A stretch of DNA of 57,578 bases from Promethearchaeota archaeon (GTDB lineage: Archaea > Asgardarchaeota > Lokiarchaeia > Sigyniarchaeales > SOKP01): NCBI GenBank assembly GCA_019057865.1, contig JAHLWP010000026.1, positions 1 to 57,578 on the forward strand, read 5' to 3'. This document shows, piece by piece, positions 1 through 9,482 of the stretch; within the stretch, counting starts at the first letter, position 1, and the number at the start of each line of letters is the position of its first letter. Both the position numbers and the translations under genes were made by a program. The notes beneath the pieces were generated by a model. The model searched no databases. It saw only the letters and a program-made list of their open reading frames with translations, and was not told the origin of the DNA.

Positions 1-93
1 GAGTGCGTTTGACTAAAAGTTTATTTTTCACCATGACCTAAAAGGTATTATACCCAATTATTCTTGTTTTTTTAAATTATAGCATAATTGATT

Positions 94-1122
94 TTATAAA
101 GTAAGACCGGCAAATTCACTTTGATAAGGAGTCCAAAAAGTAATCTCCTCATCAGTAGTTGGGCAACTATGAGTTTTATTACAGATTCCAAAGGAAGGAT
201 GAAATAGAATTGCATTGTTTTTTCGAAAGGTGCCTATTAAGCTCTGGCCAAATTGAGAAGTAAGAAAACCTCCAAATCTTAAAACAGTATCAAATTTAAC
301 GTGAGAATGGCGGTCTGGATTAACAGGAATAAATCCATACGGATTTAGTAATAAAGCTTCACCCACAGTAGGGTCTACTAAAATATTCAAGGTTGTATAG
401 GTATCATTAAAATAAAGCCATGTTCCCATATCTATAAGAGTATATCCCTTATTTGCATCAAATACATCTTCGTAAGTTAATAGTAGTGTTGTAGCCATCC
501 CTGCACCAGTTTCAGCATACTTATCCGGTTCTGCATACCAATAACTCTCAGGTGAGATGCCAATAAGAGTCCATAAGGAAAGTTCCTTAGAATGAGTTCC
601 AGAACCATCTCCCCTAGAATAAAATGTAACATTACCTGCATCTATAGCATTTTTTAACTTAGTCATTACAACTGTAATATTCTCACCAGACTGCAAATTC
701 GCAGGATTAGATGAGTGGCCTACTATAATAAAATCGTTATACATGATGCATGCACGATGAATTCCATATGGTATTTGACCATCAGTGTCATTAACAAATT
801 GATCTTCTCTTGATCTTGAATGAACAAGAATAACATCAGCATCACCATTTTTACCGTATTCAATAGCTTGTCCAGTTCCAACCGATAAAACTCTAACTCT
901 TATACCTGTAAGGTGAGTAAATTTCGGAAGTAAGTAATCTAATAAACCTGAATCATATGTAGAGGTTGTTGTTGCCAAGGTAATTCGATTGGGATTTTGG
1001 GCATTTAATATATCAATTACTAAATATGTTCCAACTGAACCACCAGCTACAATTATAAGTGCTAATAGAATAGCGGTTTTATGCTCACGTAAGACTTCTT
1101 TGAATGGTTTTTTTGATGACAT
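94..1122 (-). CDS. tupA: Tungstate ABC transporter substrate-binding protein (TupA family), membrane anchored
   Basis: LATTTSTYDSGLL (the TupA TTTS motif), GTGQAI..G..GDAD, SRGDGSGTH.KE, LLNPY; N-terminal TM anchor. Confidence 0.9.
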   Translation of the reverse strand: MSSKKPFKEVLREHKTAILLALIIVAGGSVGTYLVIDILNAQNPNRITLATTTSTYDSGLLDYLLPKFTHLTGIRVRVLSVGTGQAIEYGKNGDADVILVHSRSREDQFVNDTDGQIPYGIHRACIMYNDFIIVGHSSNPANLQSGENITVVMTKLKNAIDAGNVTFYSRGDGSGTHSKELSLWTLIGISPESYWYAEPDKYAETGAGMATTLLLTYEDVFDANKGYTLIDMGTWLYFNDTYTTLNILVDPTVGEALLLNPYGFIPVNPDRHSHVKFDTVLRFGGFLTSQFGQSLIGTFRKNNAILFHPSFGICNKTHSCPTTDEEITFWTPYQSEFAGLTL

Positions 1123-1159
1123 TTTTTTTTAAATTTTGTTTAGATTTAGAGCGATTGGT

Positions 1160-1187
1160 ATCGACTGGTATTGTGAAACATATCGAT
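1160..1187 (-). promoter_or_regulatory. Candidate ModE-like operator between a TATA-like box and tupA
   Basis: 28-bp imperfect dyad; minus strand reads ATCGATATGTT-TCACAA-TACCAGTCGAT, directly downstream of TTTTAAAA (1191-1198). Confidence 0.4.
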
Positions 1188-1276
1188 GCTTTTTAAAATT
1201 TTCAATCCTTAATAAAGTCTTACTTACAAAAATGAGGATTTAAAAATATGAGGTTTAGGACATATCGTAAGTCTAG

Positions 1277-1290
1277 AAAAAAAAAAAAAA
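1277..1290 (-). terminator. Oligo-T tract, probable archaeal terminator of the 1312..2682 gene
   Basis: 14 A on + strand (T14 on minus), about 20 nt after the stop codon. Confidence 0.4.
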
Positions 1291-1311
1291 TTAGTTTTAA
1301 AATAAATTAAA

Positions 1312-2682
1312 TTATTCCTTCTCTTTCCTACGTTTCTTAATGAAATACACTATAATACAGCAATTAATTGCGATTATAAGAACTGTGTTATATCCAGGTA
1401 TTGCTTGTTCACCATTCCCATCACTAATTGGTTCCTTTAAATTATATTTGACCACAAGTGTGTCATTAGTACCGAATTCATCACTACTCCCTGCGAGATA
1501 AATATTTTCTTCGGAAGAATCTAATGCTATTGAATGGCATCCCTCTTGATGAGCTACTCTCCTTGTATAATTCCATAGGTATTGACCCGAATTATCATAT
1601 TTTACAAGAGTAATATCCCCAAAAATTACGAATTGGAACGGGCCTCCAATCATGTCTATAGTCCCCCCTATATAAATATCATCTGAAGAATCTATTTCTA
1701 GTCCCCAACAAATATCATTACCACTTCCGCCCCATGTTTGATTCCATTGATGTTGACCATCCGAGTTGAATTTTATTAAAACTGCATCGATATTTCCCCA
1801 ATTTCCTACGTTCCCCGTCAGGAATATGTTTTCTGAGGAATCTAAGGCAACATTCCAACTTATGTCAAAATTACCTACATCTCGGGTACGGTGCCATTCC
1901 TTAGTGCCGAAACTATCGTACTTTATTAAACAAATATCTGAATTTCCTCCATAATAGTCTGTAGTACCAGCAAGATATATGTTATTTGATGAATCTAACG
2001 CAATTCTAATAGATACATCCATACCAGCGCCACCCCAAGTGCGACTCCATTCGATAGACCCCGAACTATTACATTTTATTAGTAGTATATCTTCATTCTC
2101 ACCAATCGCGTCATACCCCGTTAAATAAATATTATCCGAAGAATCTATTGCTATTCCACCACCGTGACTGTAGTCTCCAATTACATATTGCCGATACCAA
2201 TCCAATACACCTTCACTATTATATTTTAAAAGAATTATTGACAATACAAATAGCGGATCGAACGACGTTCCCACTACGTAGATATTATTCAGGGAATCAA
2301 AAGCTATTCCAGAACCAATAGTATCACCTGTAACTGCCCATGTACGATTCCATTGTAAATCTCCTGAACTATTATATTTGAGTAAAAAAAGAGACTCCCC
2401 CCATCCTACAGTTAGTACAAAATTAGAAGCACCTGTAACATAAATATTGTTTGATGAATCTACTTTTATATCAAGTGCTGTGTCTTGCTGATACCCATCC
2501 CATGTACGATTCCACTCACATCCGGCATTATTGCTAATAGATAAATTAGAATTAACACTTTTCTCTCCATTCTCTTTTGAAATATAGGTTGTAGTATTAA
2601 TTTGACTTATTAATAAGCCAAAAAATAGCGTAAATGCTATCAATATTATAGAAAACTTTTTTATTTTCATTATTTTCGCCAT
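1312..2682 (-). CDS. Secreted beta-propeller (SBBP-like repeat) surface protein with Loki-CTERM-like sorting tail
   Basis: Signal peptide; about seven ~50-aa repeats (W.RTWGG...IALDSS.NIY..G...LIKY.S.G); C-terminal IPGY + TM helix + KKRRK. Confidence 0.85.
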   Translation of the reverse strand: MAKIMKIKKFSIILIAFTLFFGLLISQINTTTYISKENGEKSVNSNLSISNNAGCEWNRTWDGYQQDTALDIKVDSSNNIYVTGASNFVLTVGWGESLFLLKYNSSGDLQWNRTWAVTGDTIGSGIAFDSLNNIYVVGTSFDPLFVLSIILLKYNSEGVLDWYRQYVIGDYSHGGGIAIDSSDNIYLTGYDAIGENEDILLIKCNSSGSIEWSRTWGGAGMDVSIRIALDSSNNIYLAGTTDYYGGNSDICLIKYDSFGTKEWHRTRDVGNFDISWNVALDSSENIFLTGNVGNWGNIDAVLIKFNSDGQHQWNQTWGGSGNDICWGLEIDSSDDIYIGGTIDMIGGPFQFVIFGDITLVKYDNSGQYLWNYTRRVAHQEGCHSIALDSSEENIYLAGSSDEFGTNDTLVVKYNLKEPISDGNGEQAIPGYNTVLIIAINCCIIVYFIKKRRKEKE

Positions 2683-3145
2683 TTATTTTAATTAATTTTT
2701 AAATTAAATCATTAACAAATATGTCGCCCCAATATATAAATTTATTAGATCTTAATTTCAACAAAAATTAAAGGCAAAACAGAAAACCCTTAATAAAGAA
2801 ATGAAAGATTTCTCTGAGTTTTTCACATAAGTATCTATTAAAAGATATTGTAAAATTATATTTAACTAATTTAACTAATTCCAATCCATGATCTAAAAAC
2901 ATGAGTCTTGAAAATATATTATAAGGTAAAATATAATCTTTTAACTTTGTATCACATAATTTTACGAAGGTGTATCCTATTAATCTTACAGAAGTAGTAG
3001 CAGAATTCAAAAGGAGAGAGTTAAATGGGCTTCCCCAGAAAGAAAAAAGACGAAATAAGGAAGGATTAGACGCTTTTTGCGAATATATCGATTATAATCC
3101 CCTCATCATACAATTCTCAACTTGGTTAACCATGCGATGTGAGAT

Positions 3146-3883
3146 TTAAGACATAGTAACAATTCCCGAATTCTCATCGAGATTAATTATTCCTTTTACA
3201 GCTAGCTGTTTTATAGTTCTAGTTGCCATTATTGGAGGTACATCTAAGATTTTTTTGAGATCATCAAGTTTGCAAGAGCCTTGTTGCATAATTGTTGCGA
3301 TAATATCAACTTCAGGAATTTCTTCATCAGAATTTTCAATCAAGAATGAAGTAAAGAAACTACTTCTTTTGATTTCTTTTAATTTTTTATCTAATTCGTT
3401 CATTTTTTCTTCAGAAAAGCTAGCTTTTAATTCCGCTTCTCGATTTTCATTATCAATCTTTTTTTGGTCTAGTTTCATCTTTTCATTTTCTTTCATTGAA
3501 ACTTTTTCATTTACAGAGTTTAACTTTGATTTAAGGTTATCCAATTCAAACTGTGGTGTTTTTTTGTCATTAACAGCTTTCTCAAGTGTTGTTTTTAATT
3601 CTGTTATCTTAGATATTAGATCATCTTTTTTAGCTCGTGGAATTTCAATTTTTTTATCTAATTCCTCAGCTTTAGTTCTTAATTCCATTAATTCTAGATT
3701 TTGTTGACGAAGGAGTTCATCTAGTTTTTCAATTTCGATTTGTTCTGCTTTTACATTTTTCCAAATTTCACTTAGACTCTGAAGAATATCCTTACTATTA
3801 CTTTCAATAGCTTGATAGAAAGTATCAAAAACAGTTTCGAATTGTTCAACTAATCCCAGAATTTCTTTAATATTTGAACTCAC
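3146..3883 (-). CDS. Long coiled-coil protein with C-terminal winged-helix domain
   Basis: Heptad-rich E/K/L region followed by DIIATIMQQGSCKLDDLKKILDV...RTIKQLAVKGII...GIV; GTG start overlaps the upstream stop. Confidence 0.7.
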   Translation of the reverse strand: MSSNIKEILGLVEQFETVFDTFYQAIESNSKDILQSLSEIWKNVKAEQIEIEKLDELLRQQNLELMELRTKAEELDKKIEIPRAKKDDLISKITELKTTLEKAVNDKKTPQFELDNLKSKLNSVNEKVSMKENEKMKLDQKKIDNENREAELKASFSEEKMNELDKKLKEIKRSSFFTSFLIENSDEEIPEVDIIATIMQQGSCKLDDLKKILDVPPIMATRTIKQLAVKGIINLDENSGIVTMS

Positions 3884-4632
3884 TAAAAATCAACCTCCTC
3901 TAATAATTTTACTGTACCCGCTCCCTCATTGTATTCAATTGGTCCATTCTCCTTTACCATCTTTCTTAGTATATTTTTAGCTTGATCTTCTCTCATATCA
4001 ATAGCAACGATAATATTTCTCAGATCTAACGTACTACCTTGCTGTAAGGCTCTAATAAATTGATATTGTGCAGAGCTAATATACCCTTTGCTTATTAATC
4101 TTTTCATAGCATTAACTCTATTTTCATAAGATTGCACAAATTTTTGCTTTTTAAAGAACGTATTTTCAAGCTCAGTTTCAATTATATTCAATCTCTCATC
4201 GAACTTGTTGAGTTCTTTTGTTAAAATATCAATATTATTTTCTAATTCCTTAAGACGTTGATTACGATTTTCTAATTCCTCATTTTTGACTCTAATCTCT
4301 TCTTTTGTTGCATTTAATTCATTTTGAGCAGTTTGAATTCGGTCCAATAATTCTTGACGTTCTTTTGTTAGTTCATCTACATTTTCTTCTAATCTTAATG
4401 TATTATGCTGTGTCTGGGAAATCTTAGCTTTCAAAGTGTTAATCTCATCGTTATTTGACTCAATTTTTTGCTGATTTTCTGTTTTAACTTGTTCTAATTG
4501 TTCAATTTGTTCTAGTAATTTATTTAAATGATCTTTCAATTTAGGGGTAGATTCTGTATTTATTCTGCTCAAGTCATCAATATCATTAACAATTTTTTTG
4601 ATCTGATTTTTTGAATCAAATAGATAACTCAT
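3883..4632 (-). CDS. Long coiled-coil protein with C-terminal winged-helix-like domain
   Basis: Coiled coil over about 180 aa, then FIRALQQGSTLDLRNII...KNILRKMVKENGPIEY..GTV; gaggag SD-like site upstream. Confidence 0.7.
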   Translation of the reverse strand: MSYLFDSKNQIKKIVNDIDDLSRINTESTPKLKDHLNKLLEQIEQLEQVKTENQQKIESNNDEINTLKAKISQTQHNTLRLEENVDELTKERQELLDRIQTAQNELNATKEEIRVKNEELENRNQRLKELENNIDILTKELNKFDERLNIIETELENTFFKKQKFVQSYENRVNAMKRLISKGYISSAQYQFIRALQQGSTLDLRNIIVAIDMREDQAKNILRKMVKENGPIEYNEGAGTVKLLEEVDF

Positions 4633-4731
4633 GGTAACACTCCTCTTATATTATTAAAAGGGTAAAACAGATTATATAAATATTATAGGCTACTTATTTT
4701 TAAACTTGTATATTTGTAATTTATAATTGTA

Positions 4732-5574
4732 TTATAACTCTTTTTTAATTTCTTCAATGAAAGTAGCCTTTTTAATCGGGCTTAATCTAATTGACCTTCT
4801 TTTCATAACAATATTCAAATTATCAATTAAGCTCTCTGTGAAGTAATTAAAATCAAAATTGAAAGAGGTGAGGGAATAGTATTTTTTTAGAAATATGTTG
4901 ATTAACTCGATCTTATGTTTAGGGTCTGTCATTTCAAAAATTCCAGGATTAGTGTCTAATAACGCTGTACAAATCCAGGCTAAATCATCAATAGGATTTC
5001 CTTCATAAGAATCTTCAAAATCAAATCCATATAACGTATCTGTGGTAAAATCAACAATGAAATCCTTTAATCTCGTGTCACCTTTATTTAAAACAATTAC
5101 TTCGGTTGCTTTTTTTTTTATCTTTTTAGTTTTAATATGAAGCTGAGCAAACCAGTTTGCTAATAATTCTACGCTGTTTATTATCTTATCTCTTGTATCT
5201 GGATCTAAATCCTCGAGTTTCATTGTATCAGTCAAGTTATCATTTATTAAATCACACAGATTAGTTCCATTTAATTTTTCAAGTATTAGGTAAGATTTTT
5301 TGAATAGTAAGAGCTTTGGAACATTTATATCTTGGTTTTCTAATTTTTTATAAGTTATAATCTCATTTTCCGCATTTTTTGTTTGGAATTTTTTTAGGAT
5401 TAATTCTTTTGGAAAATTTCTTGGTTTTCTAATAAATGTTAATTCATATACCAAATTTCTTTTACTTGGCAATTGTATTAATGAAAACGTATTTAAGTCT
5501 CCAGAAAAACCTGAAATCTCATCCTTAAAATTTTTAGCAAACTTTTTTTTGATTTTTTCAATATCCATTTTCAA
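4732..5574 (-). CDS. Protein kinase-like fold phosphotransferase (APH/RIO/Bud32-like)
   Basis: LILKKF lysine, NVPKLL, LILEKL.G hinge, KGDTRLKDF catalytic loop, FDFED metal-binding loop. Confidence 0.75.
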   Translation of the reverse strand: MKMDIEKIKKKFAKNFKDEISGFSGDLNTFSLIQLPSKRNLVYELTFIRKPRNFPKELILKKFQTKNAENEIITYKKLENQDINVPKLLLFKKSYLILEKLNGTNLCDLINDNLTDTMKLEDLDPDTRDKIINSVELLANWFAQLHIKTKKIKKKATEVIVLNKGDTRLKDFIVDFTTDTLYGFDFEDSYEGNPIDDLAWICTALLDTNPGIFEMTDPKHKIELINIFLKKYYSLTSFNFDFNYFTESLIDNLNIVMKRRSIRLSPIKKATFIEEIKKEL

Positions 5575-5666
5575 AAAGTATACTTTTTTAATTTATCCTC
5601 AAAAACCAAAATATTTCTAGATTATTTATATTAATTTTTAAAGATAAACTCTTTTAAAATTTAGAT

Positions 5667-5932
5667 TTATAAAGAAAAAACAGGATCTAAATAATTAAGT
5701 TCTTTAAACGTTTCTTTTCTTTTACGCCAACTACTACACATTCCACAAGGTTGATCACCATCATAATAACAGTTCCATGTCAATTCAAATGGCACGTTTA
5801 ATTTTTTAGCTAATATTAATACTTCACTTTTATTCATTTTTACTAAAGGATGCAAAAATATTATGATTGATTTATCATTATGATGTTTTCCTTTATTTAT
5901 AAGCTTCTCGAGTGAACTAAAAGTAGGTAGTT
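5667..5932 (-). pseudogene. queC: C-terminal remnant of 7-cyano-7-deazaguanine synthase QueC
   Basis: PLVKMNKSEV...LNVPFELTWNCY...PCGMCSSW: QueC Zn site with the last Cys replaced by Trp; N-terminal SGGxDS domain absent. Confidence 0.8.
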
Positions 5933-5938
5933 TTAAAA

Positions 5939-6396
5939 ATGGGATTTAAAGAAATTTCTAACTCACCAAAAGCAAAATTTAGTGCATGTCATTTTTTAAA
6001 AGAACCGTTTGAATGTTCAAGACTCCATGGACATAATTATTATGTTTCTGTTGAAATAAATGATAAATTAGGTAATTAAATTTTGTTATAGATTTCATTG
6101 AGTTTCAAAAAAAGTTAATTTCAATAGTCAAACCATTAGATCATTATCTATTAATTCCTACAGAATCAGATTATTTAAAGATCAATGAAGAAGAAGAAGA
6201 ATCTGTAGAAATTATTACTCAAAATAAGAGATATGTTATTCCCCGTACTGATATTTGTTTTCTTCCTTCAAAAGCTACCACTAGCAAACTTCTTGCAAAA
6301 CACATCCATGATAAATTAAAAGAAATATATGGAAATAAAAAAATTTCAGTAAAGGTAGGAGAAAGCAAAAGTACTATGGCAGTGTTTGAGGATTAG
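5939..6396 (+). pseudogene. queD: 6-carboxytetrahydropterin synthase (QueD/PTPS family), frameshifted; not in ORF track
   Basis: MGFK...KFSACHFL...CSRLHGHNYYV, then a 1-nt deletion near 6075, then NFVIDF...LDHYLLIP...VKVGES; span 458 nt (3n+2). Confidence 0.85.
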
Positions 6397-6603
6397 ATTG
6401 TTTTCTTCTTTTTGAAAACATTCTTACGATTTGTAAATCTTCAGTCCCTTTCTATTAATTATGAATAATCTCCTTGAATTTCATAGAAATGCAACTTATA
6501 GAACAAATTCAATTATAGAAAAAAAAATTACCTTCATATACTTTTAAATAGAAAATGATAAATTATTGATAATTTATTTAAAACAATAGAAGGAGTAATA
6601 AGA

Positions 6604-8144
6604 ATGAACAGGAAAAGAAGTGATAGGAGAAGTGTTGACTATAATAAGACGAGTTGTTCATCTGGTCAGAGAAGAGTATGTCATAATATGAATGATTCTG
6701 AGAGAATTTTTGATCCTTTTAATTTGCATAATCAATCCTCTACAAAATTAGTGGATGAGAGGGAATCATACGAAAGTATAGCAAAATTGGCTATTGATAA
6801 AGGGTTTAGAACTTTTTCGCCATCTGCTAGAATGATATATAAAAGAGATATTGAGAAATTTTTGGAATTTTATAAAGAGAATTACGATAATGAATTTGCG
6901 AGAGATTTTAAGTGCATTACGAATATAGAATAATATAATCAGAAGAAGAATTTTGGGAAATAATTCGTTCAATTGATGGTATTGCTTTTATTCTTTATAG
7001 AATTATCAATAAAAAGAAACAACATGCTCGGATTGGTTATACTAGTGATATAATCCAACGGTTAGTGGTTTATCTTCAAAATTCATTCAGTAAAATAATG
7101 AAAGGAATAACTCACCTTCATTTAGACATTAGAGCTTTGGGAGAGAGGAATAAATTTACCGAAGAGTTTGAGTACCATATTCTTTGCGTTACTAGCCGTG
7201 AAAAACAAATTCTAACTCTTGAAAGGTTATTTACACTTTATGAAAATAAATATGATAATAATGTTGGATATGACTTGTCTGTTAATAATTATTATAATAA
7301 AATAGTCGGAGATCTTTTCAGTTATATTAATGGTGAGTTTAGGAATAATTTACACCCTAATTGGAAGGAGGTACCACCAAACGAGCTAGAAAATGCTGTA
7401 AAAGAATTCACTTCATGGGATGAATTATTAAGTAAATTTCCTAATGTCAATAGTAAAAGTACTATCATGAGTAAAGCTGTGTCATATGGTTTTTTTCTTA
7501 AAGGCACAGGAAGTATTCGAGACACTATAGCATATTTTATAAAACCTTACTTGGAGGAGGCTGTTAAAAAAGATTTAAATGAAAATGAAATTATTGATTT
7601 TTTAATAAGTAGAGGGTTTACCTTTCTTGAAAAGTTGAGTAATCATTCCGAAGCTAGACGTAAATGGTTATACCGTATTCTTAATTTTATCTGGAAAAGC
7701 GAAATGCATAAGATAGGTTATGAGACTGCCACATTAACAAGAGTGAGATGGTTAGTTATAGCTAAGGAAGCATTAAAAATAGCGAGAAATCCGAAATATA
7801 GTCATTTAGGAAATGCTCAAGCTGAATTAATAAGGCAAGGAGTGGTTTTAAAAATTCCAAATCTGCCTAGCTTTGAGGGAGAATTACGTCATATATTTAA
7901 AAAAATCAAATGGAGTTATAAACAAGAACAAAACAAAATTTTGGAAACCATACTTGCAAATTATTTAAGACAAAATGACCCTGAATTAAGCGTACTAGAT
8001 ATAGCAGAATTGTTTGGTCTTGACAGGGTTAAAGGTAAGAACATTATTATGAAAATGATATATAGAATTTTTAAAGGATATGTCCAAGATCAAGAGCATA
8101 TTGGGAAAATAAGACAATTTTTAAGGACACACCTTTGTTTTTAG
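6604..8144 (+). pseudogene. Disrupted GIY-YIG nuclease-domain protein (ORFs 6604..6933 and 7065..8144 appear to be one gene)
   Basis: The 7065 frame is open from 6939 and reads ILYRIINKKKQHARIGYTSDIIQRL...LTLERLF...VGYDL; frameshift near 6909 and in-frame TAA at 6936. Confidence 0.6.
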
Positions 8145-8354
8145 TTTTAAAGTAACTCTCTTTTTACAATTTGATTAAAAATATTAAAAAAATATCAAAT
8201 TCAAGTAAAAGTTACTGGAATTAAATTTCTACAGGTTCGCTTTTTGACTTTGAGACAATACAAAATATTAAATGTACAATTGAAAAGAATATGAAAATAA
8301 ACTCTCTAGTTTTTTCATCTGAATTATTTTGAACATGTTCAGCTAAATAATTAA

Positions 8355-9302
8355 ATGTTTTATAAATTATTAAAAATACAAATAAAAACCTTCAATTGTT
8401 CCATTCTAATGTTGAGTCAGAATAATTATAAAATAGGTATATTTTATGGGATTGGCCCAGATACAGAAATGCTCGCGCAAAAATTTGCGGGCAATCTCAT
8501 AAATAATGAAGAATTCTGTAAAGCTTGCGAAGATTTAGAACAAAATGTAAAATGCGATAAATGTCGGGAACATTTAAAGAGTTTTGCGAGCTCGATTTAC
8601 TTTTACGAGAAAATTGGTGAAGGTATTCCCGATTTTGTTGAAGACTCAAAGGAATATCTACCTAAAAATTTGCCCCCTGTCGATTTTTTAATGGTCGTAG
8701 GTATCCATCAAGATTTACTTTTGGACCTTCCAAATTATATCAAGGATAAAGGCATTAAAGCAGTTATAGTTCCAATAGAAGATCCCAAATGGGTACCTTC
8801 AGGATTGCAATCAATGATCTTAGAAGAATTTGAGAAATTTGGTATACAAGCAGCTTTTCCTAAACCTTTTTGTTCACTAAGTAAAGAACAAGACGAATAC
8901 AATAAAATTGGTTTTCATTTAACTAAAGAACATAATTTCGTTTATGAATTCATTGATTATTTTAAAGTAGGAGTACCTATTGTCTCTTTCTTATTAAGTA
9001 AAGATGGAGAATCAATTGAAGACACCTGTGTGTTGCAAACAGCCCCCTGTGGAAGCTCCTATTATGTTTGTCAACAATTAAAAGCTAAATATTTTAAAAA
9101 TGGAAAAAGTGGAGACCTTTCATTAAATGAAAGAATAAGTAAAGCACATCATGCTTATCCCTGCAATGCTTCAATGGACCAAGATTCTATATTAAAGGAC
9201 TCTATTTTGCATGTGGGAGGATATCTTATAAGAAATGCCATCAGAAGAGAATTAAACCTTAAAGAAGAAGAAGGACAAAAATTGGTTTATGTTATGAAAT
9301 AA
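8355..9302 (+). CDS. DUF166 family protein (real start possibly ATG 8409)
   Basis: GIHQDL, PKPFCSL, APCGSS, HHAYPCNASM, LHVGGY motifs; extra CxxC..CxxC near the N-terminus. Confidence 0.7.
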   Translation: MFYKLLKIQIKTFNCSILMLSQNNYKIGIFYGIGPDTEMLAQKFAGNLINNEEFCKACEDLEQNVKCDKCREHLKSFASSIYFYEKIGEGIPDFVEDSKEYLPKNLPPVDFLMVVGIHQDLLLDLPNYIKDKGIKAVIVPIEDPKWVPSGLQSMILEEFEKFGIQAAFPKPFCSLSKEQDEYNKIGFHLTKEHNFVYEFIDYFKVGVPIVSFLLSKDGESIEDTCVLQTAPCGSSYYVCQQLKAKYFKNGKSGDLSLNERISKAHHAYPCNASMDQDSILKDSILHVGGYLIRNAIRRELNLKEEEGQKLVYVMK

Positions 9303-9482
9303 TAAACTTGATTTAACATTACAAAAGTCTTAAATTGAATTGAATTGAAGCTTATTCCTCTTTCGTTTTATAAATAATAAAAGAAACCCATTAAATATAT
9401 TAACAGAGTTCATATATTGATTTATGCGTTTATAATCCATAAATGTTAATTTATAAAAAGATAAAATCTAATTATCAATTAG

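Noticed and set aside
1-34. Possible start of a downstream gene (MVKNKLLVKRT) on the minus strand, perhaps tupB
   Set aside because: Only 11 codons are visible; the product cannot be supported
2768-3149. ORF 2768..3010 (-) and an alternative 59-codon + strand frame 2970..3149 (VYPINLTEVVAEFKRR...)
   Set aside because: Neither has a recognisable motif; the + frame may be a remnant but cannot be supported
3146-4632. SMC or ESCRT-III call for the coiled-coil proteins
   Set aside because: No Walker motifs or hinge, and no recognisable Snf7 core pattern
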